From Candidatus Heimdallarchaeota archaeon (lineage in GTDB: Archaea > Asgardarchaeota > Heimdallarchaeia > Heimdallarchaeales > Heimdallarchaeaceae): DNA of 32,000 nt. Under the pieces are notes generated by a model. The model was not told the DNA's origin and searched no databases. It saw only the letters and a program-made list of their open reading frames with translations. Position numbers and translations under genes: made by a program. The stretch covers positions 5,849 to 37,848 of the forward strand of contig DAOVER010000030.1 in assembly GCA_030668875.1 (NCBI GenBank). The letters run 5' to 3'. This document shows, piece after piece, positions 9,991 to 18,464 of the stretch (position 1 is the stretch's first letter; each line of letters starts with the position of its first letter).

Positions 9991-10057
9991 AAAAAAGGGA
10001 TTTAAAGAAGATTTAGCTCTTTATGCTTTTCTGCTATTTTTTCTGCCATTGTGTCTA
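9989..10057 (-). repeat. Repeat B: fprA 3' end plus T-tract, duplicated at 8637-8703
   Basis: Encodes DTMAEKIAEKHKELNLL*. The copy at 8637-8703 encodes DVMAEKIAEKHKELNL. Confidence 0.95.
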
Positions 10058-11183
10058 ATGCTTTGAAAATTTCTTCTTTTGGATGACCTTTGGCATAAAC
10101 AGGTTCTAAAATCTCAACATCCTTTAATCCAGGTACCATACTGACAACTTGATCTATTGTCTTTGTAAACCATCCATACGAACCAATTACTGAAATTAGT
10201 TTAATTTTTGGTTTCAAGGCATTTAGTAGATAGGCTGCATATACTGCTAATGGATGGGGACCGCCATGAACTGTAGGAGTACCAAGAATCACTGTAGCAG
10301 CATCGACTAGAGTTATAGCAAGTTTTCCTATATCTACAACAGCTAAATCAAACTGATGGACAGTCACACCTTTTTTTGCTAATGCACCAACTAAGTATTC
10401 TACCATGATTCTTGTGCTTCCGTGCATGGATACATAAGGAATAACAGCAACATTTTTTGGTGTATCTGCAATCCAATCTTCATAAGCATCTATTATAAAC
10501 GATGGTTTGTCATAAATAGGTCCATGACTGGGAGCTATCAGTTGTATTTCCAATTGTTTTACTTTCTCAATGTTTTTTCGAATAATTTTGCTAAAAGGCA
10601 TCATTATTTCTGCAAAATATCTTTTAGCAGCTTCATAGACTAATCCTTCATCTTTAACATAGAGATCGGTTGTTGCAACATGTGAACCAAAGAAGTCACA
10701 AGAAAAGAGTATTTTATCTTCTATAAGGTAGGAAACCATTGTTTCTGGCCAATGAACCCATGGAGTATGGATGAATTTTAATGTTTTATCACCTAAACCA
10801 ATTTCCTCCCCGTCTTCTACAATCTGTATTTGTTCTAGAGAAATTAACAAATGATCTATCAACATCTCTTTTCCTTTTTTAGTTGCGAGAACTTTAGCTG
10901 ATGGATATTTCTTAAGAACAGCTGGTATTAACCCTGAATGATCTTGTTCTGTATGGTGAGATACAATGTAATCAATTTTTTCAACATCTTTCAATTGAAA
11001 GAAAAACGTATCTGTCATGCTTGGATCTACAGTGTCGAGCAAAACGGTTTTTTCACTTCCTTGAATCAAATATGAATTATAACTAGTTCCATCTGGAAGA
11101 GGTATAAGCGAATCAAATAACCTTCTATCCCAATCAATTCCACCTAACCAATAAACATTTTCGATTATCTTTCGTTTTTTCAT
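10002..11183 (-). CDS. fprA: Flavodiiron protein (A-type flavoprotein, metallo-beta-lactamase plus flavodoxin domains)
   Basis: GTSYNSYLI, SHHTEQDHSG, HTPWVHWPET, CDFFGSH, PSHGP, YVSMHGST and GSYGW motifs. The likely start is the ATG at 11183 (MKKRKII). Confidence 0.95.
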   Translation of the reverse strand: MKKRKIIENVYWLGGIDWDRRLFDSLIPLPDGTSYNSYLIQGSEKTVLLDTVDPSMTDTFFFQLKDVEKIDYIVSHHTEQDHSGLIPAVLKKYPSAKVLATKKGKEMLIDHLLISLEQIQIVEDGEEIGLGDKTLKFIHTPWVHWPETMVSYLIEDKILFSCDFFGSHVATTDLYVKDEGLVYEAAKRYFAEIMMPFSKIIRKNIEKVKQLEIQLIAPSHGPIYDKPSFIIDAYEDWIADTPKNVAVIPYVSMHGSTRIMVEYLVGALAKKGVTVHQFDLAVVDIGKLAITLVDAATVILGTPTVHGGPHPLAVYAAYLLNALKPKIKLISVIGSYGWFTKTIDQVVSMVPGLKDVEILEPVYAKGHPKEEIFKALDTMAEKIAEKHKELNLL

Positions 11184-11451
11184 GTGAAATAAAAAAAATA
11201 GGAGTATATAACTTATTCTTAAGGACAATTATATCTAAAATTGATCTCATACTTGGAAGAAAAAGTGATTGTAGAAACATTCTTCTTTATTCCATTATTT
11301 GTGGGAAATAGAAAGTTACATAGGTATACCTAATCTTCTAATCCTATTACACTTTACAAAACTCTTTCACTTGTGATTATCACTACATCCTTCATATATG
11401 TATTCAGCAATAAACTTAAGGTGAATATTGTACTATTTCACTTGAAAAATT

Positions 11452-12552
11452 ATGCGAAAAATCATGTTTGCAGCTTTAGTTGTGATTCATGGTTTCATTC
11501 ACCTTTTAGGATTTTTTAAAGCATTCAATTTAGCTGATATTAGTTTGTTAACACAAAGTATTTCAAAACCACTAGGGATTCTTTGGTTGCTTGCAGCAAT
11601 CATCTTTTTGACAGTAGTTGTTTTGTATTTGTTAAAGAGCGGATGGTGGTGGATTCCAGCAGTTTTAGCAATTATTCTCTCTCAAACATTGATCATATCT
11701 TCGTGGGTAGATTCTCAATTTGGAACATTGGCTAATATATTAATTCTTCCTGTTTCAATTGTTGGATTTGCTACTTGGCTTTTCAATTTAAAAGTGAAAC
11801 AGGAAAAGAAAGAGGTTTTATTGCAATCTTCCCCACAAGACAAAACTTTGATCACCGAAGAAAACATATCTAATTTACCAAGTCCTGTGCAAAACTGGCT
11901 TAAAAATTCAGGAATTGTGGTAAAAGAAAAGATACGAACAGCCTATCTCAAACAAAGTGGACTTATGAGATTAAAACCTAATCAAGAGAAATGGATTAAA
12001 GTAGAAGCTGAACAATATATTACAAATAACCCTTCATTTATTTGGAAGGCTAACTTGTCTATGATACCATTGATAAATGTCGTTGGTAGAGATCTTTATC
12101 TTCATGGTCAAGGAAGTATGAAGATTAAAATTGCTTCAATTATACCCGTCGTTAATGTTTCGAATAACGACAAACTCAACCAAGCTACACTACAACGTTA
12201 TTTAGGAGAAATTGTTTGGTTTCCTTCTGCTGCAATTAGTCCATATATTAGCTGGGAAGAAATAGATGATCTTTCTGCTAAAGCAACAATGACATTTAAT
12301 GATGTTTCGGGTGATGCAGTATTTCATTTTAATGAAAAAGGCGATTTGGATAAATTTACCGCACAAAGGTATTATGAAACTGATGAAAGTGCTGAATTGA
12401 AAGAATGGATTGCTGAAGTAAAGGAAACGAATATTGTAAATGGTGTTAGAATACCTACAAAATTAGAAATTTCTTGGGTTCTGGATACAGGTGTATTTAC
12501 TTGGTATAAATTTGAAGTGTTTGATATTGAATACAATCAAGACGATTCCTAA
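11452..12552 (+). CDS. DUF6544-like membrane-anchored protein
   Basis: N-terminal TM bundle (HGFIHLLGF, FGTLANILIL) followed by a soluble domain with P.PVQ.WL, W.....QY, F.W.A, GRD.Y..G.G.M and RYL.E..W.P motifs. Confidence 0.7.
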   Translation: MRKIMFAALVVIHGFIHLLGFFKAFNLADISLLTQSISKPLGILWLLAAIIFLTVVVLYLLKSGWWWIPAVLAIILSQTLIISSWVDSQFGTLANILILPVSIVGFATWLFNLKVKQEKKEVLLQSSPQDKTLITEENISNLPSPVQNWLKNSGIVVKEKIRTAYLKQSGLMRLKPNQEKWIKVEAEQYITNNPSFIWKANLSMIPLINVVGRDLYLHGQGSMKIKIASIIPVVNVSNNDKLNQATLQRYLGEIVWFPSAAISPYISWEEIDDLSAKATMTFNDVSGDAVFHFNEKGDLDKFTAQRYYETDESAELKEWIAEVKETNIVNGVRIPTKLEISWVLDTGVFTWYKFEVFDIEYNQDDS

Positions 12553-12751
12553 TTCTATTATGACAATGCAATATTTCTTTATTTTTTTAGTTAATAAAAC
12601 TGAGAACTTAATCAAATATTTAATTCTCCTGACTTAACTTCTATAATTGGGTTTGTAGTGCTAATTATAGTGACTATTGGTGTTATTTTTATGACTAGGT
12701 TTGTAAAAAATACAAACATAGAGATGAAAAAGGTTCGATTCTTGGGAATGT

Positions 12752-13216
12752 TTAATTTAGTTCTTCATTATATTCTGCTCTGGTAGAATCATATTTTTTC
12801 GCTTCATCTGGGTCTGTTAGATTATTCCAATACTCCTTATATCTGCTAGGGATGTCTTGAATGTTTTCGTGATTGAGTATATAATTAGTGGGCATAGGGT
12901 GAGTTCCTATCTCTACCTTAACTCTTATATTCTTCTCAATATGATTTTTGAAAACATCTATGTTAGGACATGGAGGGTATCCGGCTAACATACCAGTTGC
13001 AAAATGTATAACGTTTGCACCATAATTTTTCATTCCTGAAGCAACATATTCAATATTGCCTCCTGGGCACCCACCACAAGTTGAGTAACCAATTACTTCC
13101 ACTTCTTCTTTACCATACCTTTTAAAAGCGCCATCTCGTTCTCTAACAGCCCTGAAACATTTCCCTCCATTGCAAGTTTTATAACGATCACAAATAATAA
13201 TGCCTATTCTTTTCAT
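12752..13216 (-). CDS. CGGC-domain (putative metal/Fe-S binding) protein
   Basis: IIICDRY..CNGGKC, GYSTCGGCPG, PPCP and GTH motifs. Confidence 0.9.
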   Translation of the reverse strand: MKRIGIIICDRYKTCNGGKCFRAVRERDGAFKRYGKEEVEVIGYSTCGGCPGGNIEYVASGMKNYGANVIHFATGMLAGYPPCPNIDVFKNHIEKNIRVKVEIGTHPMPTNYILNHENIQDIPSRYKEYWNNLTDPDEAKKYDSTRAEYNEELN

Positions 13217-13458
13217 CTTAAATCGTAATGAAAATTAATTAAAATGATTTAAACCTTATTCATTGACTCTATTTGTTTGATATAGTAAAAAATGAAAATC
13301 ATTCCAGCTAAATCTTTTTTTTAGTTCTATAATTAGAAATTGTTTTTTTAATTTAAAAACTTATGATTTTTCCTTTTTTACTTTCCCAAATCTCAATGTC
13401 CTTCCTTCTGTAATTGCGTTTTAGATTATCTAATTAAAAAAAAGAAAGAGAAAAAAAA

Positions 13459-16102
13459 TTATTTTTTAGGTTTCTTAATTAGTTTGACAATAGTAAAAAC
13501 TCCCCAGATTGATGCTACTGCTCCTGCACCAACGAGTGTACCCCAACTTTGGAAAAATGAAACAAATGATGATGGAATTGTTAAGTCTATAGTAAAATTG
13601 TAACAATGGTTGTTTCCTGCATTATCATAAGCTACAACCGTGATGTTGTGTGGACCACTATCTTGTTGAATACTAGTGTCCCAGTTATATTCGTAGATAG
13701 TATCTTCTTGAGGTGTTGTAAGAGTAGCAATCAATTGAAGATTATCAATAACCTCAACCTTTTGTATACCACTTCCAATATCAGAAGCATTGATTTTGAT
13801 GTTTGTTATACCAATCGATGGAGAGGTTGCGAGATCAACTATTACCACGTTTGGTTCTATGTCATCTATTATTTCGTATGAATAAAATGCTCCTGAATTG
13901 TCATCTACTCTTAGATTCCCTTTTGTATCAAGTAATTCAAACCTAAACTGAACGTTTGTTCCATAGTCAAAAGCTGGTAGTGTAACCTCATAATTACCCA
14001 TATACGGAATACAAGGTAATCCGACCCAGTTTGATTCATACAGGTAGAAAAGGTTAATCTCTTCAATTTCTGATAGTAAATCTTCTGCAAAGATATCCAT
14101 CTTAACTTTATCGTAGTAGGTGGGGGTATCCAAAATTTCCCACGAGAGTAATTCTGGTCCATTTGTGTCTTTTACAAAGTTCATATCATCAAACATTACT
14201 GAAACATAACTACCTGTGCCATATGCTGCTGCAACTAATTCTACCCTAGTTAGATTCCAAAGTTCATCTCCAAAAGCATTAGAAGCATCTTTACTAATAT
14301 CTCGAACTAAATTATTCCATACTCCAGTTTGGTTAAATTGTTTAACCAAATAGCATTGGGTGCTACTTGTATTTGTAAAAGATGCTACTTGCCCAGCTCC
14401 AAGAATGTAGTGGATATTATAACCTCCTTCAAATGTTAATTTTATAGTGGAAAAGGAATTCGTTACTGCATCAATAGAGTTCAATTTCCACCAAAAATCT
14501 GTATAGAGATTGTCTCTGACGTAGAACATCAGATTTCTATATAGTGAAACTTCGCCATAATTTTCAAAGGATGTGAGATTAGCTCCCCAAATTCTGCTAT
14601 GGCTGTCATCTGTTGAAGATATGTGTGTTTCAGTAGAGCTAGTACTCCAGCTTGTAATAGGAACAGAAGGAGTTCTATACCATTCTTCTTCAAAAGAAGG
14701 ATCAGCTAAAGGATAAGTGTTGATTTGTAAATCATCGATTAATAAATTAACTGTGGAATTTGCATAGTATCCAGAATTAGTAATCAAACTAAGACTAGTA
14801 ATAACTTGATTACTTAAATTAAAGGCTTCGTAAAGCTCAAACATATCAATGTGAAAATGATTCCAAGCCCCTTTTACGCTAGATAAAGAGGTGTTCAAGT
14901 AATAATACTCGTAAGTTGGTTGGGAGTAATTTGACCAAGGAATTTCATCTTGACCACTTCCTAAAAACCAGTAAAAATAGCTTTGATAACTTTCATTTTG
15001 CCCTTGTAAATAGAAATATGCATATTGTTCAGTACCACCGTTTAAAACATCTGTATATTTCCAATCAAAGTCTATCTCCACCATTCCAGGTGATGAAGGA
15101 TAGTATCCCCTCCTAAACGTTTCATAGGATGACATAGAGTAAGAAATAGAACTTGATGAACTTGAACTTGCGTAGTAAGAATTTGCTGTCAAATTCAAAG
15201 ATTTATCTCCTTCTATTGAATCATCACTTAATCCAATGTACCCTCTTCCTTCTTTGTTACCTGCCCAACTTGATCCTGTCCCTGTTTCAAAATCTCCATT
15301 ATCAGCTAAATAGTTGAAGGAAGAATCATTTTGCATACTAACGTCGTCTATAACTAGTTCAGTGAAACCAGTACCATGATACGGTGAAGTTGAGTAGAAA
15401 TATATGTAATATACATATACTGTAGAAGAAACACTTCCAAAAGCTTGTTCAAAATCATTTGTAACATTTCTTTGTGCTAAATGTTGCCAACTAGCTGCAG
15501 GTCTAATCATATTGAAATATGCTCGATAAGTGTCATTCGTCATCGAAAAGGAAGATGCTGATAAATAATAGTTTATAGTATACCATTGAAAAATAGCTGG
15601 ATCAAATATTCTTAGTCTCGCATAAGAACTACCTCCAATAGTTATATCTGGATTAGCAACTGTATTCCACCAAAAATCTAAAGATATATTCTCAGCTAAA
15701 TTCGGTAAAAAAGGTTGACTATAATATCCCCAAATTATGTAATTAGTTGCACCACTAATTTTTGTTCCCTCACACGAAGAGTACCCTGAATATAAACCAT
15801 TATGTGTTAGTGATTGATAGTTAAGTTCACTGTAAGAGTTGCTGCTAATAGAATGGTCCATACGTTCAGGTAGGCCTTCAGGAGTTGACTCTTCAAAGTT
15901 CCCATTAGGAATAATATTCGTCCATAATTGTTCTTCTCCTCCAGCTCCTACTGCTGCAAAAATTTGATTTATTTTACTCTGCTGGGGAGAATTGTTTGTT
16001 GTGGATATTTGTTTACCTAATACTAGATCTGAAGTAACTGTTGAAATAAAAAAAAATCGTAAGTAGGAAAACTGCTAAAATAGTTTTACTTTTCTTTTTC
16101 AT
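13459..16102 (-). CDS. Large secreted surface protein (~880 aa; three CBM-like beta-sandwich repeats, Ig-like domains, C-terminal anchor), frameshifted in an A9 tract
   Basis: ATG at 16102 gives MKKKSKTILAVFLLTIFF. Removing one A from the 16048-16056 run joins it in frame to the 15861 ORF via ISTVTSDLVLG...IIPNGNFEE. Repeated NGNFE/NGDFE/DPSFE domain starts, then a C-terminal TM helix plus KKPKK. Confidence 0.85.
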
Positions 16103-16295
16103 TATATCGCCTTTTATTGTATTTAATTGGATAATTACCTTTTTAAGATAATCATCTAAAATATATAAAGTTTCTTTGTAACTGTTTTAAATCATGAAAA
16201 TTAGTTTTTAAGAAAAAAAAGGAGGAAAAATATTATATTATATTATTTTTCATTTCGATTCACTTATGACATGAATTGTGTACAAATTCTTTAGA

Positions 16296-16426
16296 AGTGC
16301 CTGAGCACATCATGGAGACGCCACATCCCCTCCTACACCGCCCACATCTTCTTTCAAAGGTGCTTACGGTTCGCTTTTGGATGTTCGTTGGATGTAGCCC
16401 CGAGGATCATCATGTAATTGATGCAT
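16296..16426. ncRNA. Candidate structured RNA or cis-element (GC-rich intergenic island), unassigned
   Basis: About half G+C against an AT-rich background. GCCACATCC (16320-16328) can pair with GGATGTAGC (16390-16398), with ACATCT/GGATGT nested inside. No known family recognised. Confidence 0.25.
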
Positions 16427-16540
16427 AGCTACAATCCTTAAATTTATAATCTACACTACCCTACTTAAACTCCAAAAAAATGTACAAAAAGTATGTTGTA
16501 AACAGATGAAATGAGCCTTAAATTTGAAGTTTTTGGTTTT

Positions 16541-16553
16541 CAAAAGTTTATAA
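16541..16553 (+). promoter_or_regulatory. Candidate archaeal promoter (BRE-like CAAAAG plus TTTATAA)
   Basis: A-rich element directly followed by a TATA consensus, about 420 bp upstream of the 16977 gene. Confidence 0.4.
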
Positions 16554-16604
16554 TTGTATTAACTGTTAATCTCAATAGATTAAAAACACAAGATAAATAA
16601 AGCA

Positions 16605-16620
16605 TAAAGAGAAAAAAAAG
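16605..16620 (-). terminator. Oligo-T tract, candidate terminator of the minus-strand micro-ORF transcript
   Basis: A-run (AAAGAGAAAAAAAAG on +) immediately after four hairpins in the minus-strand direction. Confidence 0.35.
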
Positions 16621-16626
16621 CAGGAA

Positions 16627-16718
16627 GTCTCTGTGCAAATTGTGTTTTAAGAGACAAAGGAATTTCGTCTCGAAATTTCACAATCTCCAAGAGATTAGGG
16701 GAGGATTAATCCTCTCCC
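16627..16718. repeat. Four back-to-back short inverted repeats
   Basis: GTCTCT/AGAGAC (16627-16655), GGAATTTCG-tct-CGAAATTTC (16659-16679), AATCTC-caa-GAGATT (16682-16696) and GGG-GAGGATTAATCCTC-t-CCC (16698-16718). Confidence 0.85.
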
Positions 16719-16729
16719 ACTCCTTCTAA

Positions 16730-16780
16730 TTATGGTGGCCAAAATTCTGGCTCGTCAGGGTCTCCACCGGGACTAAACAT
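16730..16780 (-). CDS. Putative 16-aa micropeptide MFSPGGDPDEPEFWPP
   Basis: AAGGAGGTG RBS 9 nt before the ATG, locally GC-rich codons, followed by hairpins and a T-tract. Confidence 0.45.
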   Translation of the reverse strand: MFSPGGDPDEPEFWPP

Positions 16781-16838
16781 CTTTCCATGCACCTCCTTAT
16801 GTCACTATTGTTTGGAAGACAACAAGGAGGGATCTTCT

Positions 16839-16886
16839 ATGTCAAAAAGGACGAAACTTGGCTTTTTACCCCTCTTCAGTCTGTAA
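16839..16886 (+). CDS. Putative 15-aa micropeptide/uORF MSKRTKLGFLPLFSL
   Basis: AAGGAGGGA RBS 6 nt before the ATG. The RBS can pair with CCTCCTT at 16792-16798. A 7-bp hairpin follows at 16903-16920. Confidence 0.35.
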   Translation: MSKRTKLGFLPLFSL

Positions 16887-16976
16887 GATGCTGTTTTAGC
16901 TGTCGGGTATTTTTACCCGATACTCCATCATATGAAGGAAAATCGTTAAATAAAACAAAAAACTCTATAGATTGCC

Positions 16977-18464
16977 ATGTCTGGCATTACAAATCAGAAT
17001 CTTGTAATTAGATTGGAGGAAGCGGAAAAAATCTTGGAGGATGATTATACTCAATTCCATAGTATTATAGTTGACAATTATATCCAGTATGAATCTCCAT
17101 TGTGGGACATAGCTTGCTTTCTGACCTTCTATGAACTTTCACCTAAATCAGTAAAAAGGCAGAAATGGGTGGAATACTGGTTCAAATTCAGTAAAACAAG
17201 AAGATACAAGAATCTAGTTTACATGGTTCCAGCCAGCTATGTTGCATTATCTGATTTGCGTAAAGCCAAAGACTTTTTCGTCGATCTTTTAGAACAAAGC
17301 AGAAAATCAGTGAAAGAGTTAGCTTGGGAAACTTTCCTATCTATTTTCTATCAATTCAGAGCATCTGTCAAACCCTCATTCAATAAAAGAGAATTTACAG
17401 TGTTTAAGACAATTCTAGATAGACAAACAATGGTTTCAAGCGAACTTAAAGATTACTTAGATATTGATCTCTCCAATATTTCAAAATATAAAACTATCGT
17501 AGAATACAAGAGAGTCTTACATCAAGGTATATCATTAAATTATCACAAACTTGATCTTTCAGTATATGGTTTGATGTTCGAATACCCTCTGACTAAGGAT
17601 ATTGACCTTTACTCTGAATTGTCAAATAGTGTGTTTTTTCATTCTTTGTATACTGGAAATGTTGGATGCAGATCCGCTCTCTCATATTTTGTTGCTCCTA
17701 GACATAAAAAGGTGGAAGAAGACTTCAATAAATTATCAAAGAGAATAAGTAAAAATAATCATATCCCTTACTCTCGTATTTTACGGTTTCTAACAGAAAC
17801 CAGATTAAAATCATTTAATTGTGGTATTTACGATTTTAAGAATGGACATTGGACACTCAATCCTCAAAATCTTCAGTTTACGCTTCAAGATTATGATTCA
17901 AGATTAATAGAAACAGTACCCATCCTAACACGTGATTTTGAGAACTGTGATTATGAAAAACTAAAATTGAATAAAACGGGTCTTGATATCTTAAATCACA
18001 TACTAGCAAATATGCATCTGTCGATAAGGGATATAGTCAGTGATCTTGGATTAACAGAAAAGGAAGTAAAGAAACAAGTTGATAATCTTCGAAAAAACGA
18101 GTTGTACAAATTAAGATACAACCCCTTATTCGTGTTTGGCTTAAAACATATTATCATATTTCTTCATGATTCTCATAAAAATCAGCATGAGATCCATAAG
18201 ACTCTATCCTTTTTCCCAGAAGTATATAGTGAACAATATGTATCTAAAGGAAAAAATGGTCTTTACATTGTTCTTAGGATCCCTTATGAGCTTGTAGTTG
18301 ATGCAATTGAGTCTCTTACTAACTTTTTCAAAGGAAAAATAGAGAATCTTTTCATTGTTGACCAAATGATTACAACAAGATATCAGTTGCCTGTAGATAG
18401 ATATGAAACAGTTTTTCAGGAGTGGAAATACTCTTCTGAAGATATTTTGGGAGTTGATTTTTGA
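16977..18464 (+). CDS. Large transcriptional regulator with two tandem Lrp/AsnC-like wHTH plus effector modules and an N-terminal extension
   Basis: HTH 1: REFTVFKTILD...SELKDYLDIDLSNISKYK...LNYHKLDL. HTH 2: GLDILNHILANMHLSIRDIVSDLGLTEKEVKKQVDNL...FGLKHIIIFL. Confidence 0.75.
   Translation: MSGITNQNLVIRLEEAEKILEDDYTQFHSIIVDNYIQYESPLWDIACFLTFYELSPKSVKRQKWVEYWFKFSKTRRYKNLVYMVPASYVALSDLRKAKDFFVDLLEQSRKSVKELAWETFLSIFYQFRASVKPSFNKREFTVFKTILDRQTMVSSELKDYLDIDLSNISKYKTIVEYKRVLHQGISLNYHKLDLSVYGLMFEYPLTKDIDLYSELSNSVFFHSLYTGNVGCRSALSYFVAPRHKKVEEDFNKLSKRISKNNHIPYSRILRFLTETRLKSFNCGIYDFKNGHWTLNPQNLQFTLQDYDSRLIETVPILTRDFENCDYEKLKLNKTGLDILNHILANMHLSIRDIVSDLGLTEKEVKKQVDNLRKNELYKLRYNPLFVFGLKHIIIFLHDSHKNQHEIHKTLSFFPEVYSEQYVSKGKNGLYIVLRIPYELVVDAIESLTNFFKGKIENLFIVDQMITTRYQLPVDRYETVFQEWKYSSEDILGVDF

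Noticed and set aside
9764-10066. 100-aa plus-strand ORF
   Set aside because: Antisense shadow of the fprA end and the decayed wHTH fragment; no RBS or domain.
16250-16426. Selenoprotein-like (…ASP-TGA-CAQ…), Cys-rich (CGRCRRGC) and C/D-box readings of the GC island
   Set aside because: An upstream in-frame TAA or missing start codon breaks the ORFs, no SECIS was identified, and box C (ATGATGA) has no matching CTGA box D.
16620-16870. Possible RNase P or SRP RNA (GCAGGAAGTCTC … GACGAAACTTGGCTT)
   Set aside because: The P4 pairing fails after five pairs, there is no P1-like terminal helix, and there is no SRP helix-8 GNRA/AGCA motif.
16830-16890. Possible hammerhead ribozyme (GGACGAAAC on +, CTGAAGAG on -)
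   Set aside because: The CUGAnGA and GAAA core elements lie on opposite strands and stems I-III cannot be built.
16787-17011. 74-aa plus-strand ORF across the hairpin region
   Set aside because: It lacks an RBS, overlaps the regulator start out of frame and runs through the hairpins; the RBS-preceded micro-ORFs are better supported.
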